A stretch of DNA of 64,000 nucleotides from Phaeosaccion multiseriatum (Eukaryota; Protista; Ochrophyta, other classes), in assembly GCA_965112735.1 (NCBI GenBank), contig OZ218965.1, positions 806,001-870,000 on the forward strand. The letters are read 5' to 3'. Shown here one piece after another: positions 1 through 17,178 of the stretch (positions are counted from its first letter, which is position 1; the number at the start of each line of letters is the position of its first letter). Below the pieces are notes generated by a model. It had not been told where the DNA came from and did not search any database. It was given only the letters and a program-made list of their open reading frames with translations. Both the position numbers and the translations under genes were made by a program.

Positions 1-13
1 TATATCTGAATAC

Positions 14-4928
<4,915 letters not shown>

Positions 4929-5239
4929 CTGGCTCCAGCCTCCCTCCCTCCTTCCCGCTGGCCACCACGCCCCTTCCTCTCCTCCACCTATCAATACCGC
5001 ACTTTTGACTTTTTGAAGCGCGATTGGGCCTGTGAGGCCAAAGCACCAACACACAAAGATCCTTTGCGGCCATTTTTTTTTTTTTCGGTATCTTTTCCCC
5101 CGTCTCTTCTTTCTCCCCTCTTCCTTCCTCTCCTATGATCCCTGTGCTCTTATTCCATCTGAGCAAGATGTAATATTGCTCTTCCTTCTGCCCTTCAGCG
5201 TGGAACCATCTGTGGCATTCTGCAGGGTGATTGCAAGCA

Positions 5240-5973
5240 ATGCTGTTCTTCCTTCCAGCCTTGGCAACATGGACCAACGTTGCAGCCTCTGCGGCGTTCT
5301 TCGCTGCTTTGGCGACACCCTTCGGAGGAGGTGTTTGGGGTGGCGGCAAGGGAGGAGCGGCTGAACTTCCCCAGCAGTTGCCTCTGCAGCAGCCTCAGCA
5401 CCCAGCAACAGCAGCTTCTCCCCTGGGGGAGCTTATGCAGGAGGTTCGTTAAAAAGTCCATTGAAGCTATGGTTTGTGCTTCCTCTTCCGCAGACGACCA
5501 ACTGACAAGGCTCTACTCATACACAGGTGCGAAAGTCGTATATTGTCGAGCTGTCGGAGGAGCAGCTGCAGGACCTAGAGGAGGCCGGAGCCAAGGGTGT
5601 GCTGGGCAGGCTGGGAGACCCCTTCTCCTCGCTCATCCCCGACAGAAGCCTCGCAGCAGCCACCTCAACCGCCATATCCGCAGCCGCGGGGGAACAGCCC
5701 GGAACAGCAGGTGCGAAGCTCCTTTAGAACCCTTTCTATTTCTCTTTCGTGCGGCTTTATCGCCACAGCTGTCTCATATGCTACGCATCCTGCTTCTTTC
5801 TGACGTATGCATAAACCCTGTAGCTCTGGTTTCCCCCTCCTGAGCTTCTTTCTGACGAATGCATACACCCTGTAGCTCTGGGCTTCCTCCTCCTGAGTCG
5901 TGAGGGCAAGAACTGCAGACCCACCCACCCAAAGCCTTGAAAGACAGACAGTTGCCACCAAGGTAGTTTCTGT

Positions 5974-6021
<48 letters not shown>

Positions 6022-6770
6022 CTACACACACACAGCTACACACACACACGCATCAGGGGTAGAACATACACAAGGGCAGAGAGTATGCAGACTGAAACGC
6101 AAACACACTTCCCTTCCCCTCTCTGTAGCAGGCTCGGGAAGCCCCTTGTGCCCGGCCAACAAGCTCGGCCTGGCTGTGGTGAAGGACAGCGCCGTCTCCC
6201 CTCCCGTGCTCACCGTTACATCGGTGCTAGAGTACGGGCCGGCTTGGGAGGCGGGTGTCAGGGTCGGAGATCGGTGAGTGAAGAGAGGGGGAGATTTGGT
6301 GGGTGGGGAGGGCGGGTGGAAGAAAGAGACCGCACCGACCAGGTGGGACCGGCCTCAGAGTCGGGGATGAATGGGTGAGGAGGATGAAGGATGAAAGGAA
6401 GAGAAAAGACCGCGCGCCTATCGGTGTGACGCACCTGTCCTACAGTCTCCCAAGTTGCACACTTTGCGCCTATAAGGCTAGAGCGTCTCTCCGTCACCCC
6501 CTCCCACCCCCTTCGCCTTAAACGCTCTTCCACCCACCCTTGCCTTCCTCCACCTGTTCTGCTCCTCTCCCCTCTTGGGGGGAGGGGCAACAAACAACCA
6601 AACAACCCACACACGCATCGCTTGGAACGTCGCCAACCATGTCTTGCCTGCCCGCCCTCCCCCCCCCTCCTCACACAGCATCAGCGAGATCGGCGACTTA
6701 CGTGTGGATGGCTCTGACGTGCGTCTTTCTGACCTCGCACAAGCAGCGGCGGGGTGCGGTACCACCACCC

Positions 6771-6802
<32 letters not shown>

Positions 6803-9800
6803 GCGGGGGTTCCGGATAGAGATGGCACTCAAGTCGCCCTCACCTTCTCAAGAGAAGGCGTGCCCGGGGGTGCCCGGCGGGTGGTGGTAAGCCCGATTGC
6901 TGAGGAGGACCTTTCGTTCCGGTCTGTTGGACTGGCGGCAAGGCTCTCCGTGCCGGTGCCTTCTCAGCGGCAGCAGCAGCAGCAGCGGGGGGGGGGGGGA
7001 GGCGACAAAGTCGTTACCATTGATGCGTTTGGTGTCTCTGGTAGTGGCAGTGTTGGAGGGGGTGGAGGTGAAGCGAAGAGCAACAACAACGACAACGTCA
7101 AGAGCATTCCCTTCTCGTACATCAAGCTCAATGATTTCCGCCCCACGAGCGCTGGAGAGATGACCTTGGCCCTCTCCCAGCTCGTTGACATGGCTCAGCA
7201 GCGGCAGCAGCAGATTGAGGGAGAGCAGCAGCAGGGGCAGCAGGAGCAGCAGGGGCAGCAGGAGCAGCAGTTGGTGATACAGGAGGAGCAGCAGCAGAAG
7301 CGAGAGGAGCTCCTGGTACTGGACTTGCGCGACAACCCCGGGGGGCTGCTGGACCAAGTCACGGATGTGGCCTCTCTGCTGCTGCCCGAGGGGGCAGGGG
7401 TGGTCACCATTTGTGACCGCTCCACGGCCGGTGCTGGTGCTGGTGCTGATGCTGTATCACCAACTGGTGCTGCTGCTGATGGAGAGGGGGGAGGAGCCGC
7501 CGGAGCAGCGCGCTCAGCATGCGACCAGTCGCCTTTCAAGGTGGGGTGGGATGGTTGAGGTGGGGTGAAGAGGGGTAGGGTGAAGAGGGGTAGGGTGAAG
7601 AGGGGGGGGGGAGGGGTGGGGTGGGGTTGGGAAGAGACAAGAGATGGAGGTCGTGTTTCGTTGGAGAGCATGGAAGTTGCCACAGAGAGAGAGAGGGAGA
7701 GGGGAGAGAGGGGAGAGAGGGAGATAGAAGGGGAGATAGAGAGGGAGATAGAGAGGGAGATACGAGCGGCGGTCGTGTGGATTCTTCCTTGGACACAGAA
7801 TAGAGAGTGGGTGGCACGGCACTCAATCTTTTTGTAGGGTTAGTGGAATGAGCATCTGCATGCGCTTGTCCTCCTACCCCCTCCGGTCAGTCCTTGGTCC
7901 TCTCACCCATCAGTGCGTCACAGTCCTCTCACCCACCAGTCCGTCACAGTTCTCTCTCCCATCAGCCCCCCACCTGCTCTCCCTCCTCTCCCTCTGCGTC
8001 CCCCACCTACGTCCTTCGTCTCCCTCTTCACCCTCTCTCTGTCCCTGCCCCCCCCCCTCCCCTCCCACCATCCACCTTACGTCTTTTGCCCAACTCGCAA
8101 CATATTCCAACGCGTACAGTACTATGCCGAGGGCGGGCGGCTATTAGACGAGAGTTGGCGCGTCGTCGTGTTGGTCAACGATGACACCAAGAGCGCCGCA
8201 GAGCTACTTGCGGCGGCAATACAGGTACTAACCTCACCTTACCTTACCTACCTTATCTTACCTTTTCTTACCTTATCTTGCCTTATCTTATCTTACCCTC
8301 TTCCCCCCCCCCCTTCGGCAGGACAATGACGCTGGCCTGGTGATGGGCTCCCCGACCTTCGGAAAGGGAACGGCACAAGAGGTAAGCTTATGTTTGTGTT
8401 GCCAAGTTACGTAAGCTTATGTTTGTGTTGCCAAGTTACGTAAGCTTAGGTTTGTGTTGCAAAGTTACGTAAGCTTCGGTTTGTTTTGCCAAGTTAAACC
8501 CCCCACAGAGTAGGGCGGTGCGTCCGTGCTGCGTGCATGCGCAGAACATACAGCAAGCATTCACAAAACGTACACTTCTGCACACGCCCCTCCCTCCCTC
8601 CCCCCCTTCTTTCCTTCCTTCCTCCCTCCCTCCCTTCCTCCCTTCCTCCCTCCCTCCATCCCTCCCTTCCTCCCTCCCTCCCTCCCTCCCTCCCTCCCTC
8701 CCTCCCTCCCTCCCTCCCTCCCTCCCTCCCTCCCTCCCTCCCTCCCTCCCTCCCTCCCTCCCTCCCTCCCTCCCTCCCTCCCTCCCTCCCTTATCTTTCC
8801 CTCCCTCCCTCCTTCCTCCCTCCCTCCCTCCCTCCCTCCGTTCCTCCCTCCCTCCCTCCCTCTCTCCTTAGATAAGACGCTTTTCTCCGCGCTCTCTCTT
8901 CCGCCTCACCACAGCTCGCTACCTGTCCCCCAGCGGGCGAAGTATCCAGAAGGAGGCCGACGGTCGCCAGTCTGTAGCTATCGGGTCCCCCCACGTATAC
9001 CCAACACGTGGAGGTCGCCTCGTGGCCGGGGGGAGGGGGGTGGAGCCCGACGTAAGACTGGGGGAGGAGGAGGAGAGGAAAGGTGGGACGCAGGGGCGGG
9101 GGCAGGAGGAGGAGGAGGACGGGGGGATGTCAGTGCTCGAGCAAGTCTTCATACGCGACGGGGCGTTCTTTGACTTTGCCGGGGTGTGGCAGGAGGAGCA
9201 TCCTTACCTGCAGCAGTTGGTGATACAGGAGCAGAAACCCATCGACGTGGATCCCCAGCAGCAGGAGTTGGTGATACAAGAACAGCAACAGCAGCAGCGG
9301 CAGTGGGAGAGGCGGTTCAAGCAAGCCCTCTCCGACGACGACGTTTGGGCGTCCTTCGAGCGCTTCATTCGAGAAGGCGGCGGCAGCGGCAGCCGCAGCA
9401 GCAGCAGCAGCAGCAGCGGCGGCGGCTCTTACAGCTGGCCTTCTCGTGGTAGAAGCGCTATTCGAATAGCCAAGGACGAGGACCGTCTGCGCCGCCTGAG
9501 CAGCGAGCTTAACAGAGAAGGTCTTCACTCCACCGCCGCGGCCATAGATCAGGCTCAAACTGCTTATCGAGAGGACCTCTTGCGGCAGCTCGGGAGCCGA
9601 GAGCAGCGCCCAAGACTACTGAGGAGGGTCAAGGCTGCCGTGAGAGCGAGGTATTTGTCCGGCGCGGATGCAGCGCTGGCAGCGACGGCGGAGGATCAAC
9701 TTCTGAGCCGTGCCGTGCTCTTCGCCAGCCAGCCCTCGCCTGAGGAGCCTTTGTCCTCGCCTAACCCCCATGTGACTTCTCGAGATAATACTCGAGATAG

Positions 9801-10626
9801 TCGAGATCGAGAAAGTCGAGATCGAGATGAAGGCCCCGTTGGAGGAGGCGTGGATGAGTATCGACGTCTTCTGAGGCGCGGTGTGGCGGTTGGGAGTGCA
9901 ACCGTGGCGCCGTCACCACTATCGGTAACGAGCAGAGTGGCAGGAGGAGGAGCAGGGGTGGAGGCACTACCAGTCGCGGAAGCAGAAGCAGGAGTAGGAG
10001 CAGGAGCAGGAGCAGGAGCAGGAACAGCAGCAGGAGCAGAAGCACCAACAGCGGCAGAAGCAGGAGCAGCAGCAGGAGGAGAAGGAGGAGCAGAAGCAGG
10101 AGCAGGACGGGAAGCAGGAGCAGGAGCAGAAGCAGGAGCAGGATCAGGAGCAGAAGCACCAACAGCGATAGAAGGAGGAGGAGGAGAAGGAGGAGAAGTA
10201 GAATCAGGAGGAGAAGCAGGAACAGGGGCAGAAGTAGAAGAAGGAACAGGCGCTGAAGCAGGAGCAGGGACACCAACAGCGGTAGAAGCAGGAGGAGAAG
10301 GACGAGGAGAAGCAGAAGCGGCAGGAGAAGCACGAGCAGGAACAGGGGCAGAGCAAGGAGCAGGGACAGGATCGCCATCAGGAGGAGAAGCAGAAGGTGT
10401 AGCAGCGGCACCAGCAGCAGGAGAAGCAGCAGCAGCAGGAGGAGGAGGAGGAGAAGCAGCAGCAGCAGGAAGAGGAGGAGGAGAAGCAGCAGCAGCAGCA
10501 GCGGCGCCTTCTCAACAGAGTGGGCAGGTTCCTGTGCCTGTGGTGCAGGGGTTTGATCCGACGGCGGAGTGCCTGCCGCTGCAGACGTGCAATACCGAGG
10601 AGTACGTGTACGTGCAGATGCTTTAA
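5240..10626 (+). CDS. C-terminal processing peptidase (S41A/CtpA family) with PDZ domain and Ala/Gly/Glu-rich tail, multi-exon
   Basis: LGDPFS (5527-5710 exon); PDZ VTSVLEYGPAWEAGVRVGD (6132-6273); YIKLNDF, VLDLRDNPGGLL; VVLVNDDTKSAAELLAAAIQ (catalytic Ser); GSPTFGKGTAQ (catalytic Lys); last exon 8872-10626 RLTTARYLSPSGRSIQ..GVEPDV. Start codon is inferred. Confidence 0.9.
8382..8496 (+). repeat. 29-bp tandem repeat x4 starting exactly at a 5' splice site
   Basis: GTAAGCTTATGTTTGTGTTGCCAAGTTAC units at 8382, 8411, 8440 and 8469. Confidence 0.9.
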
Positions 10627-11651
10627 TGTGACGGAAGGCTTCCTTAGCTTACTGTGACGGTTTCACTAGCGTACTGAGACGGCTTCATCAGCTGTACACA
10701 GAGTGTGGTTGTGAGGAGGCGCTGTGGCGTCTTCGCACAGCTTCCTCTGTGTGCTTGCAGTGAGGATGAGAGAGAGAGAGAGAGTGAGCGAGAGATCATA
10801 TAAATACATAGTGTATAAATATAGTTTTGTTGCAAAGAGAGCGAGAGATGCTGACACATAGAGAGCGAGGAATGCTGTCAGGTGCTGTGAGGGTTCAAGG
10901 CGGAGGGACGAAGAGAGGGGAGGAGAGAAGGAGAATACATGTACCCAGCACTGTCATTCTCTCGCCGCTGATCTCATTCCACTTGGCCCGCTGCTGGCTT
11001 TGGCCTGGCTCGGCTCCGTCGCACCGTCGCAGGAGTACAGCTGCTGTATCACCAACTGCTCTGCTAGGCTGCTGCGGCCGCTGCTTCTTCCTAAGATTAC
11101 ACAAGGCTTCGTATTTCGCTCATGATGGCGTGCCTTGGTGATATTGGAGCTGTTTTCTCTCCACGCCGGTCGTGCTTGACTGACTGCACTGGAGTGGAGG
11201 GGGGTGTAGAGTGTCGACCTCTTGCACTTCAAGGTTTATAAGTTTCTGGAAAGTTAGCTACATTACACCCTCAAAACTCCTACGTTTACTTTTAACTACC
11301 TCACTGCCCCTCCTGACCTCCTGCTGACGCGTTGGCTATCGCTACTCACAATTGGCTATCGCTACTCACAATGTCCAAGTGAGCGTGGGGGCAAGTGGAG
11401 AAGAGTGTTTGACTCCCCCTCCCGGGGCCCTCTCCGGGGGTCAAAGTTGGCCTGCTTAGTTGTACCGGCCAAAACTGGCGGTGGAGGCACCAATACTCCA
11501 ACAGCTTCTTGACACCACACATGATCCTCCCCCCGACATCATGCAAATGTTTTGATCCTCCCTCACTCCAGCAGGCCCAAACCCACGCAGTCGGCCAGTG
11601 GTAACACCACCCAGCAGCTCAGGAGATCAGCGGCACGACAAAACTTGCTCC

Positions 11652-12563
11652 TTAAGATTTGAGGAGGCCTAATCCGCCGTCGACGTTGATGCTCTGTCCG
11701 GTGATGAAGCGCCCTGCACCCTTCGGACGGCTCAAGAAGGCCACAACCTCGCCAATCTCGTGCGGTTCGACAACGGAGTCTCTGTACGCCACTGCCTTTG
11801 AAGCTAAGTTCAAGATGTCTTCCCCCTTCCCCCCCGGCTTCTTCTGTTCGGCAATTCGATCCCACGCTTCGGTCCGGGTGAAACCTGGGATGATGACATT
11901 GCAATTGACTCCGATCGGGCCCGCCGCTTTGGCAAACAGACGCATCGTATGTTCCATCAAGCACTTACCCGAACCAGGCATGGAGTAGCCAAGATTCGGG
12001 GGGTGAAGCAAGTTACACCCAGGGGAAGAGATGCCAATGAGACATCCTTGAAAGGTTGCTGCATCGTATGTTCGCATCCGCGCCAAGCTGCGTTCGCACA
12101 AGTCTATGTAGGCGTCTCCGTAGAGCTGCTGATAGTACCGCATGGTGTCGGTCTGAAGCTTACCGTCTTTCAGGAGACTGCCATCGCCAAACTTTTGTGG
12201 CGCTTTCCCTCCTTCATCTGTATCGCCACTCGTGATACCGACGTAGAGCCCGGCGTTGTGCACCGTCACAGTCAACTCAGACTCGCAACAGTCCTCATCG
12301 ACACACTTGAAAATTGCATCCCGCGTGGCTTCCAAGGTCAAGTCTCCAGTCACCAAGTGGATCTTTGTGGCGGCGTCCTTTTTCTCCGCCATGGCTTGTA
12401 CAAAAGCCTTTGCCGCCTCATGATTGCTATTGTACGAAGCTATGATGTGATCATAGTCTCCCGTCTCGATCAAGCTCTCCACAATGCCACGTCCAATGCC
12501 ACGCGTTCCGCCCGTCACAATTGCAAGACGAGGACGAGGGGAACTACTCATTTTCCCTGCCAT
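11652..12563 (-). CDS. Short-chain dehydrogenase/reductase, divergent enoyl-reductase (FabL/FabI-like) type, copy 1, intronless
   Basis: IVTGGTRGIG Rossmann motif, VHNAG, ISSPG, YSMPGSGK (Y-x6-K), VNCNVIIPGFTRT, FITGQSINVDGG. ATG at 12563 (alternative 12551). Confidence 0.9.
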   Translation of the reverse strand: MAGKMSSSPRPRLAIVTGGTRGIGRGIVESLIETGDYDHIIASYNSNHEAAKAFVQAMAEKKDAATKIHLVTGDLTLEATRDAIFKCVDEDCCESELTVTVHNAGLYVGITSGDTDEGGKAPQKFGDGSLLKDGKLQTDTMRYYQQLYGDAYIDLCERSLARMRTYDAATFQGCLIGISSPGCNLLHPPNLGYSMPGSGKCLMEHTMRLFAKAAGPIGVNCNVIIPGFTRTEAWDRIAEQKKPGGKGEDILNLASKAVAYRDSVVEPHEIGEVVAFLSRPKGAGRFITGQSINVDGGLGLLKS

Positions 12564-12871
12564 TTTCCTTTGAAGTGATTTTTTTTTGTTTTGTTTGGGA
12601 GTTGGTGATACACCTATGAACTCTCCGCCCCCCCCGCATTTTTTTTCTCTCTTCCCCCTCCCTTTACCCTGATTACCTTTGATCATGATCCCGGGTCAGT
12701 GCTACTTTGGGTAGGAGGTCGACGACCAGCAGCGGCTAATCGTGTGTATCAAGGGAAATATAGCTATGCCTGGCCGTTTTGATTTCTCATGCGTGTCCAT
12801 GCCTAGCCTATTCCCCGCCCCGGCCACTCCTCCATCTCTTTGAAGACTATCCAGTCACCGTCGAAGGAGCA

Positions 12872-13862
12872 ATGTCAGCCCCATCGAACGCCGAAGTGAT
12901 GTGCGAGGCGAGGCCCGAGATTACGGTGGCAGTCCCGGTCTACGAGGACGCGATGAGTACCTTGCCCTGCTGCCTGTCGTCGAATGCCGAAGGGATCATC
13001 GTGGGTGTGGCGATGCCCGAGGTGATGGTGGCAGTCCCGGTCTACGAGGATACGATGACTGTGGTACCCCGACCCAGCAGCTACGTGACACAAAGAGATG
13101 ATACTGCACAACAACAAGCACTGCCACCTCAACGACGACGACATGCTCGCGAGAAGCCTGCAGAGGGGCCACAAACCATCGCAGGCGCGGGCGTATTTAC
13201 GCTGATCTTGAGTTTTCTGATGATTGGGGCAATGAAGGCAAACTACATCAGCATCAAGGCGTCGTCCCCCACTTCGTTTGAAGACTCTTCGAGATCCACG
13301 AGTATTATAAGCTTTTCCCTGGACGAGCTTGAATGCACACGAAGTGGGCCAAAGCCGCGTTCAGGATACTGCGCCGGAAAGGCCCTTTTGGGAACCTCCA
13401 TGTGCCTCGGCTTCATCGCCTCTTTCTGTTTGATGGCTGCCGGCTCTGTTCATACCAAGATGCTGGGCTTGATAGGTGAGGCATCGTGGTGGCCAAGCAA
13501 AGCCCCCCCAGCCACAGGCCAAGCTTGTCTTTGTTCGCCTCGCTCTCACCTCCGGATTTGCCTCTTGTTCCCTCCCTCCCTTCCTCCCTCTCTACTCTGA
13601 AGGTTCTGCGATCGGCACTCTCAGCTGGATCTTCCTCCTCATTACCCCCATCATCGTCGAGTCGGCAGCCAAGGCTGAGTTTGACGGTGATGCGACGATC
13701 GAAAAGGAGCCCGATCCTGGCTACTTCATCAACGTCATATGCCTCGGGTTCTTGGTTTGTACCCTCCCTGTCGCCATTTACCACTCTCTCATGTACGAGA
13801 GCTCGAGCCAGGACGCACCACCGGTAGTGCGTACACCGGTTGTGGCTGGGGCTGCTGTATGA
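12872..13862 (+). CDS. Hypothetical four-TM membrane protein with repeated N-terminal VAVPVYED motif; 2 exons (12872-13475, 13603-13862)
   Basis: Open frame across the GT-AG intron 13476-13602; four hydrophobic segments; Cys pair in loop 1 (claudin/PMP22-like topology, tentative). Confidence 0.7.
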
Positions 13863-14826
13863 GTCTTGCTTGGACAAGTGCAAGGCGGAGAGAGACTGAG
13901 AATAACACAGGAGGGAGAGAGACAGAGAGGGAGAGCAAGAGAGAGAGTGACGGAGAGCTGCTCATGGCTGTGTTATAACTGGCTGGTGCCAGCATCCGGA
14001 GATCGGGCGTAACTGTATGTATACGTGCATATGTTGCAGGACACGGCTGGGGGAGGGGGGCGACGGCGGTTGCTTTTGCTTCGGGGGACTGGCTGGCTGG
14101 TTCAGACTTTGGGCCGCTCTCGTCCCCCTCGCTCTGCCCTTTTATGGCCTTTTGTTGCCATGCAACGTGAAGTCTTTTGCACCATCGGCTGTACGCACAG
14201 TAGAGCGCAGAGGAGGGATGTGGGACCCCTTCCAACCTCCAATACAGCAGAGGGCAGAGAAGGAGGGGTGTGGGAGCCCTTCCATCCTCCCCGGCTGGCT
14301 GGTGGCTGGCGGCCGTGCGTGTGCTGGCTGTGTACTTGATGAAGTTGTCGTCTCTCCGTGGCTAGATGTCGATGATGCGATGGAGAGGTGGACAGATAGG
14401 TTCAGTGTGCGTATGTGCCAGTCAGCAGCCGTACCAGACTGGCAAGGACTGAGGCAATACAATGCTGCAGCGGTCAATTGACAGCGTGCAGCAATGGGGA
14501 GCTTGCTTGGGGCTCGTGAGACGCCAGGCAGTGGCCGGCCGTGGCGAGTGGCAAACAGAGAGCAAGCACTGGAGCAGCCAGGAGAGGGAAGGAAGGGCGA
14601 CACTCGAGAGTGCAACCTTACCTCGAGTCCATAGTGGCTGTGGCTTGCGATAGAGGCAGGTGGATGCTGCATGTCCTATTCTGGGCTGTTAATCTTTTTG
14701 TGAGCACTAGTTGTGCTCCTAGTCCCCGAGGGGGGAAGATGAGCGTGGCATGGTCTGCTGCAACTTGCATGCAAGTGCAGGCCATGTCATCACAGTGTGA
14801 TCGCAGAAGGCGCGTCCACAGAGCAT

Positions 14827-15380
14827 GAGTCAGGACAGTGGTGTCAGGACAGGGGTGTCAGGACAGGGGTGTCAGGACAGGGGTGTCAGGGCAGGGGTGT
14901 TAGGACAGAGGTGTCAGGACAGAGGTGTAGAACAGGGGGTATCAGGACAGAGGTGTCAGGACAGAGGGTGTCAGGACAGGGGTGTCAGGACAGGGGTGTC
15001 AGGACAGAGTTTCAGGACAGGGGTGTCAGGACAGGGGTGTCAGGAGAGGGGGGGTCAAGACAGAGAGTGTCAGGACAGGGGTGTGGGACAGGGTGTCAGG
15101 ACAGGGTGTCAGGACAGGGGTGTCAGGAGAGAGGGTGTCAGGACAGGGGTGTCAGGACAGGGGTATGTAGGACAGGGTGGCAGGACAGGGTGTCAGGACA
15201 GGGGTGTCAGGACAGGGGTGTCAGGACAGGGGTTGTCAGGACAGGGGTGTCAGGACAGGGGTGTCAGGACAGAGAGTGTCAGGACAGTGGTGTCAGGACA
15301 GGGGTGTCAGGACAGGGGGTGTCAGGACAGGGGTGTCAGGATAGGGGGTGACAGGACAGAGAGTATCAGGACAGAGGTGT
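14827..15380. repeat. Minisatellite, ~14-bp unit GGTGTCAGGACAGG
   Basis: Dozens of slightly variant tandem units. Confidence 0.95.
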
Positions 15381-15542
15381 CACGACATACGGGCTAGGGG
15401 GCGGGTTAGAAGTGATGAGAATGAGAGCGCGTGAGTGAGTGAGTCAGTGACCTGAGGGAGGGAGTGAGTGAGTGAGTGAGTGACTTGAGTAAGTGAATGA
15501 GTGAGTGTTTAATGAGGATCTGAGGGAGTGATTTTTTTTTTA

Positions 15543-15862
15543 TCGTCCTGCTCTCCAGCCTTCGCCAAGGCCTCCTTCTTCTCAGCGTTGCGGGGGGTGG
15601 GGAAGCCTTCGCCGCCTCCGTCGTTGAAGTCGTAGTTGTGGGAGCACTCAGCCACGTCAAGCTCGCGCTCGGCAAAGCCCAACACACACAGACCGTTCCT
15701 GGAGAGGGTTTCCTGGTGTTTCTCAATACGCACGGGCCTTGCGCTCGGCAGTCATGGGCACACCCTCGTCGTTAAGCATGACCGAGTCGCAGGGGTCGAT
15801 GATAGGCTCGGGGGCACCCTTCATCAGAACGACAAGGTCACCGTTGGGGTTTTCCTCCTGCG
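15543..15862 (-). pseudogene. Fragment of a P-type ATPase (type II, Na/K-ATPase-like) nucleotide-binding domain
   Basis: VVLMKGAPEPIIDPCDSVMLNDEGVPMTAERKAR / frameshift / IEKHQETLSRNGLCVLGFAERELD. This matches the MKGAPERI.DRC...GxRVLGF signature with degenerate residues. No other ATPase exons were seen. Confidence 0.8.
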
Positions 15863-15939
15863 TCACCACGTGAGGAGAGAAGAGGACTAAACATTGACTT
15901 AATAGGAATCACCAAAGAAATTGGAAAGTGTGATTGTGT

Positions 15940-16226
15940 TCGGCCCTGGAAGAGGTTATCAGATTACTGATTACGGCCGGCGCAGCCGGCCTGATTACTG
16001 ATTACTGCCGGCGCCAGCCGGCCTGATTACTGATTATGGCGCCAGCCGGGCCTGATTACTGATTATGGCCGGCGCCAGCCGGGTCTGATTACTGATTATG
16101 ACCGGCGCCAGCCGGCCTGATTACTGATTATGACGGGCGCTAGCCGGCCTGATTGCTGATTATTGGCGCCAGCCGGCCTGAATACTGATTATGGTCGGCG
16201 AATACTGTAACCTCTTCCAGGGCCGA
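15940..16226. mobile_element. MITE 1: 19-bp TIR TCGGCCCTGGAAGAGGTTA, 6-bp TSD TTGTGT, internal ~30-bp tandem array
   Basis: 15940-15958 is the exact reverse complement of 16208-16226. TTGTGT lies at 15934-15939 and 16227-16232. About 8 internal units of CTGATTACTGATTATGGCCGGCGCCAGCCGGC. Confidence 0.88.
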
Positions 16227-16227
16227 T

Positions 16228-17105
16228 TGTGTGTGTGCGTGTGCGTGTGTGTGTGTGCGTGTGTGTGTGTGCATGTGCATGTGTCTCCGTGTCTCTGGGG
16301 CCCACGAGAGGCCGGTTACACCCCCTCATGGTCGGGGAGGGGAGGTGCAGGACCAGCACCGCGGTTGAGCCGACCTAGGAAGGCGTTCTCTCGCTCCGAG
16401 AGCAAAGCCACACCTGGTGGCTGCAGCTGACGAGGCGGCGAAGCCTGGCCAGCCAGGACGTGGCCCTTGGTGGTGGAGGAGCCAGTGCGACCCGTGCGGG
16501 AGACAACGTGCTCGGCGAGTGCGTGTAGGAGCGATTGCGCCTGTGAGCCGAGTCGTCCGTGGGTCTCGCTCGATGGCGAAGGTGGTGAGGCGAACACGCT
16601 TTCGGTCGTAGGTGCCGGCATACTAGTGGCTGCCGCTTCTTGCGGGTCTCGCTGTGGGCTGCTGCCGCTCCCGGTCTGGTGTCCGTGTGGAGCACGTTCA
16701 GGGCCGTGCTGCAGAGGTTCTAACTCAGGTTTAGGTCTAGCATATGCGCCGGGTGGCAAAGGTTGGGTCGCGAGCTCCGGAGAGGGCGCGTCGAGGGAGG
16801 GTGGCGTCCATGCGGAAGGTCCTGGCGATGTTGTTTGGGGGGAGGAAGTACTCCGAGCTCTCGTGTGCGACGCGGGAGGCAAAGTTCTGTTTGAACATGT
16901 CCTCGATGGAGGCAGGAGAGCATCCCGGTGTGATAAAGGGTGCTTTGGCTGGGGCACTGGCTGGATGGCGTGGGACGAGTCGGCGCGTGTGTTGCAGCGG
17001 GTGCAGACAAGCGCGTCGGGTCCTCCCGGGCCGTATAGGCAGTTGACGCTGAGGGAGCGTCGGAGGCCCCCCACCATGTCTTGGGCGGCCTGGGAAGAAG
17101 AATCA
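16228..17105 (-). mobile_element. Degenerate 5'-truncated non-LTR retrotransposon, CRE-like, zinc finger + restriction-like endonuclease end, (AC)n tail
   Basis: Read across frameshifts: CTRCNTRADSSHAIQC (CCHC), RMD..LD, GAAAAHSETRKKR, YAGTYDRKRVRLTTFAIETHGRLGSQAQSLLHALA..RLRRLVSCSHQ; stop at 16316, then an AC repeat. Confidence 0.75.
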
Positions 17106-17134
17106 CCTAAGAAACTGAAAGTGTGAAAGTGTGA

Positions 17135-17135
<1 letters not shown>

Positions 17136-17178
<43 letters not shown>

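Larger units (their letters stand above)
12644..15490 (+). repeat. Segmental duplication copy A (paired with ~17540-21450)
   Basis: Promoter, gene, intron, ~1 kb 3' flank, satellite and the post-satellite sequence CACGACATACGGGCTAGGGGGCGGGTTAGA are shared with copy B. Copy A lacks the equivalent of ~19730-20515. Confidence 0.9.

Noticed and set aside
8872-9060. Apparent frameshift in CtpA between SGRSIQ and GVEPDV
   Set aside because: Recounting the six-C run shows that 8872 and 9022 are in the same frame, so the exon is continuous.
10644-11232. Possible small spliced gene on the minus strand
   Set aside because: Only short ORFs with no recognisable domain or consistent exon chain.
15959-16207. 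CRISPR-like array
   Set aside because: Units are contiguous with no unique spacers, there are no cas genes, the context is eukaryotic, and the array lies inside a TIR element.
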